Under the pieces are notes generated by a model. The model was not told the origin of the DNA. It did not search any database and worked only from the letters and a program-made list of their open reading frames with translations. The translations under genes and the position numbers were made by a program. From Klebsormidium nitens (Eukaryota > Plantae > Klebsormidiophyceae), in the NCBI GenBank assembly GCA_000708835.1, contig DF237272.1, positions 1 through 64,000 on the forward strand: a DNA stretch of 64,000 nt, in the 5' to 3' direction. Positions 11,401-23,409 of the stretch are shown in pieces. The stretch's first letter is position 1. Every line of letters starts with the position of its first letter.

Positions 11401-13700
11401 CGAGGAGACTGTGAAGGGTAAGAGTTTCGGCGCTTGTTGTGCTGCAATCCCTGTCGTTCACTGGAAAGCAAAGGCGAGCCCGTTACGCGTGCGGCACAGA
11501 TTTGTCTGAGTTGCAAAGTCCTACACGGGCGACAAGGGTCTTGTACAAACCCGACCGCCTGTGACGCAGCCACCTTCCCTGCGCCACCCGTCACTGCAAT
11601 TTATTCATAAGGGGGAAAAGTCGGTTAAGCACCGCGGATTTACCTTTTCGTGACCCCAGCGGTCTGGTCCAAGTTCGACGTCAATCGCCTATGCGAAGAT
11701 CCACGAAGATCAGATTCTCCACATACATGAACCGTCCAAAACCCTCGTCATTTGCTTCACCCAACTTTGGATTGCCGAAAACGGTTACAGAAGATTTTCC
11801 GTTTGCAGGGCCAACTGCTTATCGTGGAAGGGCCCCGGGCTGCCATAAAAGATCCCGCACTTGCCTGAGCTGGTCCGAAACCGTTTACATTCAAACCGAC
11901 TCCTGAGCAAAGTCCAGCTTCCGTTTGCAGGGTCACCTGCTCATCGTGGAAGGCCCCGGGCTCCCCCGCTTAAAGCACGCCCTGATGGAGTGCGAGTACA
12001 GCGCCAACGCGGCCCGCGCGGCAACGGCCGCCGAGCGCTCCTCGTGGCCGCCCCAAAGCCCTAACCCTCCTTCCGCCAACGCCAACGGAACCCCTCCCCT
12101 GAACGGCGACCGGAACTCCTCTCCCGAAAGCAGCGGAAACGGCAGGGTTGCAGAAAGCTCGACGGAGGAGCGGTCTTATCGCAGCCGGGAAGCGGGCGTG
12201 TCGTCAGCAGGCGACACATCAGCAAGGATGATGTCAGCAGAACGCCCCGTGATCCCGCCTGGGCCGTACAAGCCGTCGGTCCCGTGGGAGTTCCCTTTGA
12301 GCGCGAAAACCCTAAACCGCGACACAGAAAACCATGAAACCCTAAATCCTCCATCGTCCGTATCGGTGGCCATGACTGCGACTACGGACCCCTTCGGACG
12401 GCTGCTTATAGGCAGCTCGCGCGAATTTAGCGGTTTCGACACGGGGATACGCGATGAAACGATCGTGGCGATTATACGACGGGCGGCGAAGTTTTTGCCG
12501 GCGCTGGAGGGGCTGGTGCGGGGGGCGGACGTCCGGAACAGCGTACGAACGGGGCTGCGGCCGTACGGTGAGCTGCAAAGACACCGAAAACGCAAAGGCG
12601 CAGATACTTGCTCATTTGGAAGAAGCTAACTCTCTGTTTAACCAAAATGCACAGGTTTTCTTTCTCAAGAACCCGTTGTAAACGGCTGGTTAGGTTATTG
12701 GAATAGTTGCATCGGCGACGACAAGTCTGTGATATGAAAATCTGGGTTTAAGGTGGCTACGTGCTTTTTGGCATTGCAAGGTACAGCGGGATCTTGCTCT
12801 GTGGACGGTTTCAGGGTGCAACAATTTCCAAGCGCCTCCGTCTCTTGTCCACGTCGTGATGAACAGCAACACCTCCTTTGAGAACCTAGCTTTTTGGAAA
12901 AGACTTCCTGATGCAGGTATACGAACGTCGAACAGTGGGGAGCGTCCTTTTTCGTTGCTAGTTTGAGATTGCTAGTTTAGACATTCAAAGGGAAAAGCGA
13001 CACCTACAGACATCGGGACTACGGATGTCGGATTGGGACACAATGGTCGAGGGAGAAATAGAACAGTTTTACTCAGGAATGTCTCTTTGTTCTTTTTGCA
13101 GCGGCCAACGGGCGACCATCTATTGGAGTTGTGCCCGGGGTGGACGGCCTTTTGGTCGCCGCCGGGCATGAAGGATCCGGTTTGTGCCTGGTGAACCGAC
13201 GACCTCTCGTTGGACCTACAAGGGTCTCCCCTTTTTCCGCACTTTTTTCTGGATTATCTTCCATACCGACAGAGATCGGCATGTCAAGTCGCTTACTTTG
13301 GGGGGCGAAAGACGACGTCGCGAGCATTAAGCCCCTCGCGAAGCTTTTGTTAATGATGCGGAGGCTATCTGCACGTCATAGCACGTCACGATTAGCAGTC
13401 CCTTTGCAGCTCATATTGCTCATCGAGTCTTCCCAAGCCCGTTGCTTTTGACTAGAGCCTGGACTGACATCCTTGGATCAAGTGGGAACCACTGAAGCAG
13501 CGGAGGACAGAGGCTCCGTACTTTGTACACTCAGTAAACACGTGACCGGAATAACAACTGGCAAAACCGCCCATTTGCAGGCCCCCGGTACTGCTGCCAT
13601 CGTCCGTGATTTGCTGCTAGGCGTCACACCGGAGATCGACTGCTCTCACTTTGCGCCCCAGACTGTGAGCCCTCTGGCGGGGACTAATCTAATCAAGTAG
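8405..13700 (+). CDS. FAD-dependent oxidoreductase (DAO/glycine oxidase family) with a probable organellar transit peptide
   Basis: Exons 8405-8867, 9391-9652, 10053-10226, 10894-11062, 11931-12567, 13102-13190, 13581-13700, in phase. Motifs: Rossmann DVVIIGAGIIG, GATGAGQGYIW, VILATGAWT, LIGSSREFSGFD, GLRPY, VAAGHEGSGL. Confidence 0.9.
11799..11844 (+). repeat. Degenerate intronic copy of the oxidoreductase exon-5 acceptor plus exon start (11921-11966)
   Basis: ccgtttgcagggccaactgcttatcgtggaagggccccgggct versus ccgtttgcagggtcacctgctcatcgtggaaggccccgggct. Offset 122 bp, AG retained, 1-nt insertion. Confidence 0.9.
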
Positions 13701-13720
13701 ACAAACAATGGGGAATTGCG

Positions 13721-13748
13721 TTGTCCATTTGTCCATTTGTCCATTTGT
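13721..13748. repeat. 7-bp tandem repeat (TTGTCCA), about 3.5 copies, in the 3' region
   Basis: ttgtccatttgtccatttgtccatttgt read directly from the sequence. Confidence 0.8.
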
Positions 13749-15099
13749 ACAATGACAAAGAAATAGACAGACTTCAATGCGTTATCGTGTAAAGTCAAAG
13801 GATGAAGTTGCGTTGATCAAAATTCTTTCAATGCCACTGCTATACTCACGAAACACCGCGGGAGTCTCCTATCCCCAAGTTCTTTCAGCGTTCTGCTCGA
13901 TTGCAGCAGCTTGCAGACTCAACTGACATTGCGTATGAAATTGGAGACCGCTCTACCCTCCGATCGATGCGGGATCGTAGACTCATACTAAACTGAGCGG
14001 ACGCGTCAACTAGAATCCAGATTGGTCGGATGGTGTCGGTCCCGCTCTGGTGTCATTGCTGCCGCGTCAATAGGTGACTAGCTCTACATACATGGCTCAA
14101 TGAGCTCTAAGTTCGTGGTAATTGTGAGGTGTAGTCACGGTATAGAATGAAACTTTAAGGAACGGGCAATGCAGTGCGGAGCTCGATCGGCCTTGCGTTA
14201 AAGCTTGCAATCAAAACTTCGATTATGCATCATGCATCGATCGGACAGGCGATAGACGCATGTGACAGTCGGCCACAGGTTTTCAGAATTGTTGAATCCA
14301 TCTGCGCTCGACTCATCGAATTAGATCAAGGACATAGACGGAGTTGCTGCAACAGGGGGTTCGAGCGCACGTACAGCCGCCGCAGTGACTCAGTGTTCAA
14401 TGTAGCAGCCCCATGTGCCTTTGATGGGTACGGGCTTATGAGAAGAGAACGTATCGAGCTAGATAGCTACATACTTCAGTGAGCTCAATTCGTGCATGTT
14501 CGCAGCTAGCTTCAATCTTTCGCACGTACGCACACGCACACAGTACCGTAGGCCAGACAATTTGCCGCACGCATGCATGAGTAAGAAGTAATTGCCGCCG
14601 ACACTTTCATCACAACGCATGAAAAGGTCAAGCTAGACCCGTTGTTGCTATTACAATAATCTACTACACATGGGCGCCATGAGACCGGCGGTAAAGGACG
14701 TCGCCAAGCAGCGCCTACTTGTATGGTGTTTAACACCATGCGCATAGCAGCTCGGCCGTGGGCAGCCAGTTCACGCAATGATTCGCGGGGCTGTACATTT
14801 GGTGGCCAGCAACTTAGCTCTGCATCAAACAAGCCGTTTTATCCCGTTCCTCAGAAACTCCACCCTTTCGATTCCTTCTTCGACCGGGCCAAAAGATTCG
14901 AGCATGCTGAATGCCCTTATCGGGCGTATCAGGCACGCTCACTGTGAACAACCATCAGGGTCACAAGGGCCACGGGCCATGAAACAGATTGATGGAACAG
15001 CGGAGAATAAACAGGGCCTCTAGTGCGAGCTCGCTTCGTACGTTCGATTATTGTGTTGATAGATCAAAACTTTCAGAGCTCTGAAACGGCTCGGTTTGA

Positions 15100-18000
15100 T
15101 CAGAGTCCGAGCACATTTGTGACAACGAAGAACAGTCCCAGCAAGATGGCAACGATCCCCGAAATCTGCGAAAGTCTCTGCAAGAAAGAAAGGCATTAGA
15201 TCAGCGATTGGAAAGTACGATAATTCCGTGTCCTCATCTCAGATGATTCAGACGTCGAAGTTTTGTCGGCAAAAGACGCCTGAATCCTCCTAAGCAGAAG
15301 GAACCAGAGAATTCTGCTGCGAGCCCACTTCGACCACTTCGATGACTAAAAGAATCGCTTTTAGAGAGCTATGAAGTTTGAAATGGAAGGTGCTCGAAGA
15401 GCCAGACGGGGCGTTGACAGCCCAGGGCCCTTGTAAGGCGTCTTTCGTTGCATACAGCCAACGCTTGAGTCCGAAACGTTGACGAGCTTATGGAGAGCCA
15501 ATCCGCTTTTCCAACATTACATTATGGTACCCGTAATCAGCTATCTGCCATGCTTTGACGAAACCCGTTCCCTGTCAGTCAATTGCAAAGAGACTTTTGT
15601 CGGAAAGCAGAAGACCCCAAAGGACACGAATAGCCTCATCTCGGGCTATCTAAAAACGATAGGCAGAAAAGTCGAACCACTCAATAATGAACGCTTCCAA
15701 AGAACATTTTCGAGCACGTCGACCACTTCCTTTAATACAGCCCGTTCCCACCAAAAGATTGAACTTCCACATCCTCAACTGGCCCTACTAACCCCACAAT
15801 ATCGAAACCCCTCATCCGCATCCGCCATGGCAAGCGCTTCTCGAACGTTGAGCCCCTTTACTAGACCCCATTCACAACGCCCCTCTCAAAACTTCCCTAT
15901 CCCCAGCCATTGTTCGCACCCACTCATCACGACCCCCTCAGCTGCGTGAGCCACGACATCCGCCTCCCAAACATTGAGCCCCTTTTTAGGATCACATTCA
16001 CACCGCCAGATTTCCAAAATTGTTCCATTCCCTCATCCCGCCCCCCCTCACCTGCGTGAGCCACGGCATTCGCTTCCCGAGCGCCTCGCTCGCGGCGCCG
16101 ATGCCCGCCGCGTACGTCGCCATCGCGGCGATCGTCCCGAGCAAGAACGCGCCGAGGAAGCTCGCGGCCGCGGCACGGGATGGGAGCGCGAGCGCCGGGA
16201 GAATCATCATTAGCGCGTCCGGTTGGAGCCCAAAAGTGAAGCCGTTGATGTAGGTGCCGATGTAGGATGTGAACTCCATGGCTTCGCCGTCGATCGGGAG
16301 GAGCGACTCGTGGAGGCCGTGCGCGCCGATGAGAACTAGGATGAGGCCGACGAGGGTGCCGCTCCAGCGGGAGAGGAGGGGGAGCAGGTGCTCGATGTTC
16401 TCCTGGGAGATGAGGGCCGGGGGAACGGGGCTTTGAGAAGAGGTTTGATCAGAGATAGTTTGAAGATTGTAACAGGGTGGATAAATTGGAACGGGTATAT
16501 GGAAGCTCAACGATCTCTAAACTGATATTTTAGCACTTGGATCAGTTTCAGAATGGATGCATGGATACTTCGGTGTCTTTCAGCGAAGACAGGAGAAAAA
16601 CTGAGGACCTGGCGGGTTGTTGAATGACGTCAACAGGAGAAAGCGGTGGCCTTAAGCGATTAAGTAGCCAATTCGGTGGCTGAGTTAATGGAAGGAGGAG
16701 GGAGGAGAGCCAGTGGCCTTTTGTTCGTGAGAGGCTCAAGGGTAGGTGGCCTCGGGAGATTGGATCTGTGATGGTATTATTGAAAAAGAAAAACAAGAGG
16801 GAAGAGGAAGAGAAAAAGGAGGGATCAAGAAGGTCGTTTTTGTTGATCTCTCCGAGGGGATTGATTTGACCTTGACAGATGTGACGTTAGGTGTTTGATA
16901 TCTTCTCCTTGAAGGAGGATGCGACCAATAGTGTCAATCAGGTGAGAAAGCAACAAGAACGACCTTGACGCCACAGCACAGCAACGTTTTCCCGCACACG
17001 AGCAGACAAAGATTTGGGAAGTGGTGGAAGTTTGTTCAAGGGCCATGTGTGAAGCGTGGTTGCGAACAAGGATCGGTGATCGCCGTAATTCGCAAAGAGT
17101 GGTCTCCCAGTGGGAGCAGCAGAAGTGCTAAGGTCTTCCTAACAAGAACGATTTGGTTCTGAGATTTGAGATTTGGATGCTTGGTAGGCTGTTGATAAAG
17201 AACCAACAGTGAGAATAATGAAGAATTTGGCACACAATGGAAGGGCATAATGGGATGCAGCTAGCAATTGACAAGACCATGAAAAACTTGCAAGAATATA
17301 ATTGACCACCTCTGATTCTTTTCCATACCTTTCTTTCTGTGCCCGTCAAACTCCTCGCAACCAGAGCGACCTCTCAAGAACCTGATTTGGACACTCTTGA
17401 GAAAATCATGACTTTGTTAGGCTACATGAGAATTGTACGGTGGTGGCAAGAGGAGAATAAAAGTCACCTTGAAGAGCAAGAAGATCGACCCCAACAACAG
17501 CTGGCCTGTTCCGTGCCCCGCCCCCCAGAGCGCCCCTAGCAGTGCGCTTTGCACCCTCGAGCGCCCGATCGTCAGTGGCGCCAGCGACGCCAAGTGATCA
17601 GGACCAGTCATCGTGTGCAGGACACCAGTGACGAGGCCCGTCCAAGCAGTCTGGATCAAGGGGTGGAAGGACTGTATTGGGGAGGGCCCTGTTTGGGGGG
17701 TGGTTGACATGCTGAGGGACAGGAAGCTGCTGGAACTGGGGGGTTGCCATGCGGCGATGATAAGCGCCAAGCAGACCGCTGCGACTAGTTGGAATACTGT
17801 GGTGGCTTGCTTTTGAGAGCGCTGTTCTGCACTATGTTCAGCTGTGTTGTCTGGAAGCGACAAGGGGTCAAAATTGGGCTGCGAGCTGGAATTTGTTTGC
17901 CCCTGTTCGAGATGCGGTTGTTCAAAAGCCGCTGCGCCGTCAGAAAGCCCGACACAGCGTATTGGTACTATCAAGCCCCTTTTCAATACAAATTGTTTTC

Positions 18001-18310
18001 GACAGCCGACAGAAGGCATGGAAAGCGGCCAGCTCCAAGGCCGCTGCTTTTGGTCTAGTCCCCATGATTCCTCCATTCCCCCTGCTCCAGATGTGAAATT
18101 CTGACGTCTTTGAGAGGGATTGCGTCTGACTGCATTCCCCAGTCGTGGTTGCCTATCACCAGCTGCTGAGACATTGCACCGCTGGGGCGCCCAGTGCTGA
18201 GAACCCTGGTGGCTGGACTTGACTCCCTGAGGGGGGTGGCACGCTGCATTCTCGCCAAATGAGACGAAGCTCTGAGAGGGCAGCTGCCAATGCACGCTAA
18301 CGCCAGCCAT
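15100..18310 (-). CDS. Chloroplast membrane protein of the CGF / NicO-HupE-like ('high-affinity nickel transport') family
   Basis: Exons 18310-17468, 16402-16052, 15177-15100, in phase. Motifs: LHTMTGPDHLASLAPL, ALWGAGHGTGQ, GLQPDALMMILPALALPSR; several hydrophobic helices and a long transit-peptide-like N-terminus. Confidence 0.88.
15933..15968 (-). repeat. Degenerate intronic copy of the CGF exon-2 end plus donor (16043-16078)
   Basis: On the - strand GGGAGGCGGATGTCGTGGCTCACGCAG|CTGAGG versus GGGAAGCGAATGCCGTGGCTCACGCAG|GTGAGG. Offset 110 bp; the donor GT has become CT. Confidence 0.88.
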
Positions 18311-19126
18311 TTCTTCCTTTGGGTCTTCTCTCCGCTCTTCCGTTGGACGTGGCTTGCATGCAGAGACGAATGAGACGAGCTTGCTCGTGTCACTAATTGA
18401 GGAAACTTCTCCGAGCGCTGCAATTGAAGCAGGATTGCTGCAGCATGGCTGTGCAAAGCAATGGGACGACAACTGCCCAAAGCCTTCGGGACTGGAGCGC
18501 CTTACAGCGCCCCTTTTGACCTCCTTTGAGCAGCCAGAATCAACGAGAGCCCCTGACCCACATTCAGCAGAATGAGTTTCCCTCCGATTTTCTTTTGGTC
18601 TTTCGAATGCTTTTTGATATACCCAGTCAAAACAGCTGCATGGATGACGTGAGCCGGGACGAAGTGGAAGTCCAGACCGGCTCAGTTCTGGAACTCTTTT
18701 CAGCCCGGTGATTATTAAACCGATCAAGAGTATGATTGTGGGTACAAAGCTGGGGGAGCAATTTACCTACGTGTCTTCACCAAAAGTGGCACCACTCTCT
18801 TCCTCATGTCTGGAAAGCTGGACTGACCATGGCTGGAGAGCAGAGGGGGAGGAGAGGCGCTGCAATGCGCTGCAGCCAGTTCAAATTTGGTCTCTTCAGT
18901 CGTGTCCTTTTCAACAGCATTGAAACAGCGTTACAGTGAGCAGCACTTGCAGAGTCCGTGCGGGGCGGAATGTAGTGCAGCTGCCTGAGTGGTGGTGGTT
19001 ACTTTTGGTCATTGGCCCGCAAAGGTTCTTCCAAGGAGGTTGTCGGCATCTTACAGTGTCTTCAGCTTCCAACTAGCTCCATTCAATGCTGTCACTAAGA
19101 GACCCCTAGGGGCCTGGTGCCAAGCA

Positions 19127-21949
19127 ATGACTATCCGAGTCAGTGAGTTTGACCTGCGATACTGGGAGCATAGGCATACGGAGGACCACGAGAGACGGCC
19201 AGAAGGCTTCGAGTGGCTTGCTTCATACGGCACATCGGTGGTGCATGATGCAGTCAACAGGTGACTATGCGATGCTTAGGCGCTCAGGAAGCTGTGCTGC
19301 TGTTCATTGCCAATGCTTTCTAAGTGGCAAGGGAGGCACCGTCTGTGCTAGCCTTTCAGCCAAGTACAAGTTGGTCTCATCTAAGCTGCAAGCTGCCGGT
19401 CCTGCAATACCAGCCTTCAGCACATAAAAGAAACGCATGTCTCAGGTCCCCCATATCCTCTTGGTACTGCAACAGCCCTATGCGCGAAGCGCCAAACTTG
19501 GAGTTGACGACGCAACAAACTTCTCCCTTCACTTCATTCCTTCATGATTCCTTAAGCAATTTCAGCAACTGACTAATGGGTTACTGTCTTCAGTAACTGC
19601 AGTCAAGCCCCAAGGATGTGCAAACTTCATTGCGGGCTGATTATATCATGGAAGTATTGACTCAACTCTCCGTGCAGGAGTGTCCATTTCAACACCTGCC
19701 TCTGAGGAGATTCTTGTGCACAAATTTGTTGCAGCCTGATCTTCACAGCTGAGTCACAATAAATGGGAGTACACAAGTTCGAGTTGTTTTGAGCAGGACA
19801 ACTGCTTGGTGTCTTTGTCTCACAAAGGCACCCACGAAGGCACCTACAAATTATGTTGTATCTTGTAAACTTCTTCCTTCAAACGCCCATGCCCCAAGGT
19901 CTTGGTCTTCTTTCCTTCTTCAGGCACTTTCAGAAGGATGACGTCATCCTGGAGCTCGGGTGTGGGACCAGCGGCTTAATGCACGACCTGGCTCAGGATG
20001 GCTTCTCGCGACTGAAAGCGATTGACTACTCGCAGGCGGCAATTGATACGCAGAACTCAATCCATGGTGGGTTGAGCTTCTTTCTGACGTTGCGCAAAGT
20101 AACTCCTCATGTAATTCTTCGAAGCATCTGCCCTACAGTTCCTTCATGCGTCAATATGAAGTATTTGCCGTATCCTTATCACTGACTTCCGTAAACGTTT
20201 GAGTCGTACTTCGATGCGGAATGGGAGCAGTCTGCAATCTGATGTTTGTCAATCTGGAGCAAGGCCTTCATGTACGGGCAAAATCGATACTCTGTCTTGC
20301 CTTCACTTCTAACAGGAGTGAATACCTACAGGAGATGCAGACATCGACTTCAGGTGCATGGACGTCAGCAACCTTGAATTCGAGGCAAGTGTCCAGTTCC
20401 TTTTTCTCAAAAAGTAGTCCAGATCCACCTTGTGATCACTTACTTTTTTGAAAAGAAGTTGTCGTGCGTCCTTTCAACGCTCGTTTCATCATGTAACTTC
20501 TTGGTTTTAACAGTCGAGGGCAGATTGAGTCGCCAGCAAGGGCTGCTTGAGACCAAAAACGCGAACGACTGTCAGGTTTCAGAGACATTGACCAGTCGTT
20601 GCATAAGACTGGCCGTAACATAAGCAAGGCCCTCGGAGAATTGTACAGCTAGTCTCGAGGTTGATAGACTGTCAGGTTTCAGCAGTTACAAAAGGTCAGA
20701 GAGTGCTGGCGTCGCCAGATTACTTGCTGAGCCACGCAGTTCAAAGCCGGTAGTCAACACCGTCGTTCTTTTCCGTTAATTTCTTTCTGTTCTTTTCGAC
20801 CCTGATCGCGCAGCTCTCTTGACGAGCGGCATAAGCTTTGACTGCAGCTGAGCTGTACTGTGCACGTTTCATTGATTCACAAGATACTCCTTTTTGTTGC
20901 GTTCCTCCGAAACCCATCTGCTGACGTCACCCGCAGCTTGCCTGCAGAATTCCAGCATCGATGGCATCATCGACAAGTCCACGCTGGACAGCCTGGACTG
21001 CTGCGTGGGGGTCGATGACCAGGTAAAGCGAACCCCCGGTCCGATCCTCTGGTCAAACCAGCCGCCTGCCTGACTCTCGACCGAATTACCCTGAGCATGT
21101 GAAGGTAACCTGTGTATACGTTCCGTTCGCTTCTGCCAAACCATTGGATCAGTTTGCCTGGGCTTACCAGTTTTGATCATCGTTCCAGCAACTGCGCCTG
21201 AGACCCGATCCCCCTTTTTGCTGCGCTGCTCATCAGAGTGAGGGATTATGTTGGAACTTACCGAGACTCCTTTCACAGCATCTTTTCTTGTCAGTATCTC
21301 AGAGCCGTAAACTTAGGACAATCCCGCAAAGGGAAGCTGTTGCTCACGTGCTAGCTTCTCACCATTCATCGCTCGAAGGGAACGCTATAGGAATGTTAAA
21401 GGAAACTTTCGGACGTTTGTCCTCAACGATACAAGAGCTTGGTCGCGCTTTTCTGCAGAGCGCAGCCCGCCGCGCGGTGCAGGAGGCATACCGGGTATTA
21501 AGGCCGAGGGGACGCTGGATAGTCATCTCGCTAAGGTGGGTCTTGCAGGACTCATCCGTCAGGCGAGCGCTGACTTCTGGCAATTGCTGCGGAATACGCT
21601 TGCATCCGACACGAGTCAACCCTTTCGTCTCGCGATCCTTTTCGTAAATTTTTCTGAGCACCTTTGCTTAGATTGCTCACCTCAGAGAGAGGAATGCAGA
21701 TCGTGTATCCTACCATATCCAGTCGGCGTGGTTTAAGAGCAGGTGGAATCGGTGGCGATCGACGTAGGCAAGAGTAGATGTCAGTGTCTTATTTAGCAAC
21801 TCTATCCCTGTATCCTTTACAGAGATCCAAAGCGAAGGGTGGAGGACTTCGAGGGTCTTTTCCGGCTGGTGGATGTGGTAGAGGTGAGGACCAATGACGC
21901 GTCACCCTGTGCCGATTACTTTGTTTACTGCTTCGAGCGCGAAGCGTAA
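19127..21949 (+). CDS. SAM-dependent methyltransferase (EEF1AKMT4/METTL13 N-domain-like), about 202 aa
   Basis: Exons 19127-19260, 19924-20066, 20332-20384, 20948-21022, 21459-21535, 21823-21949. Motifs: YWE...FEW, ILELGCGTS, IDYS, DGIIDKSTLD, YRVLRPRG. The third intron begins GC (GCAAGT). Confidence 0.82.
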
Positions 21950-23409
21950 ACGAAGCCGTCTTTTTCGAGCACCCAGCTGGCTAGGATTTGGAATCATTGA
22001 TTCTCTGGATAGACCCGTAGAGATATTATCTAGGACTTTGTCGGCAATGTACAATTGGGTCGACCGCAACCGAATCTTTCCCAAGATTCTAAATTGGAGA
22101 AGGGGGGCCCTGTCCTGGCCAAGGAAGTAGTCATTAAGACCCCTACGAGAGGCTGAGTAAGCAGAGGGTTAGGATAGATGGAGCTAAAGAGTCAACATAC
22201 TCGCGGTATAGTGGTCCAACGGTGACGTCATTGTGTCAATTAATGAAACCGTACGGATGACATCCTTGGGTAAATCTGCCGCCGATCGAAGTGGATTCGG
22301 GTGGTGAAAGTTAGAGTAGGGAACTTTGTGAGTTCTATGCGATCTGCAACACAGGAACTCAGAGTTTCAGTCTCTTGCCAGCAGCTGGCTGACATCACCG
22401 ACGAGCAATGAACAGGCAATCGTGACATGTTGGCCTGGCTCGTCGACGGGCGGCAGATGTCATGCGGCCCTCTGAAACTCGAAATTTAACAGTTCGTGAG
22501 TTACTTAGCACTGCCAAAAAAAGGTGAAAGCCGCCGATCATGCACCGTCCTGTTACTGAGAAAAGTTAGCAAGTCGCAGTGCACGTTCTATACGATACCA
22601 TAATGGAGATAGGCATGGACTCTTGCCGCCCGCTTCGAGATCGACTGCATGCGACATGAGGTGCCAGATTGATTTCAAGTAAGTTGGACGTGCGGTCACG
22701 GCTCAGTGCGTGACACAAATCGTTGGATTGCGCGACCCGATGAAAATAGTAGCAGATGCGCGCCATCGGGCAGGGCGCCCCCGGGCCATCCAATTCAACT
22801 GGAAAGAATCAGTTCAGCATGGGTAGCTTCTATACTACCACATGTCACATCTCGACACCGACAGTGACATCATATTCAGATTGATCACGCGAGTGACATG
22901 CCAGCTTATTCGAATTTTGACAAGTTGTAGTGGTCCCCGGGCCCGGCCACTTTTCAACAATGAGTTGAACGTTGGTCCATGGCCAGGCATGTGAGTCGAG
23001 CGAAAATCAGTGCTCATGAAACTAAACAATTTATATAAAATCCTCAAACATGCGGATGGCACGGTACGGCATGACGGGCGCGGCAGATTTGACCGTCTTG
23101 CTGCATGAGCGACCCAATTGCCGGTGCACTAATGCTGTGAAGTGAACGGACTCATCGAATCGAAAGAGGTCAAATTAATTATGTACCATCCTCGGCGCTG
23201 CATAGTTATACATGTTGAGTCCGTACGTTCTAAGGCGCTAATCAATCTGGAGTTCGAGGCAGTAATTGCACGAAGTTGTCGTGCTGGAAGCCGCCTTCAC
23301 CGCTTGCTCAATGTCAGATATCTACTCACGTGTAGATTTTAAATTGCAAAAATGATCTGTTGGCCGTCCCCTTATGCGAGATCAGCGTACGAGATGCGGT
23401 TACACCTGC

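Noticed and set aside
18311-18727. N-terminal extension of the 436-aa ORF
   Set aside because: It starts at a non-ATG codon, and the ATG at 18310 already gives a typical transit peptide; most likely leader or promoter sequence.
20527-20730. GACTGTCAGGTTTCAG duplicated 100 bp apart as a junction echo
   Set aside because: A real small duplication, but intron-internal and not matching an exon border; it serves as a counter-example or control for the echo hypothesis.
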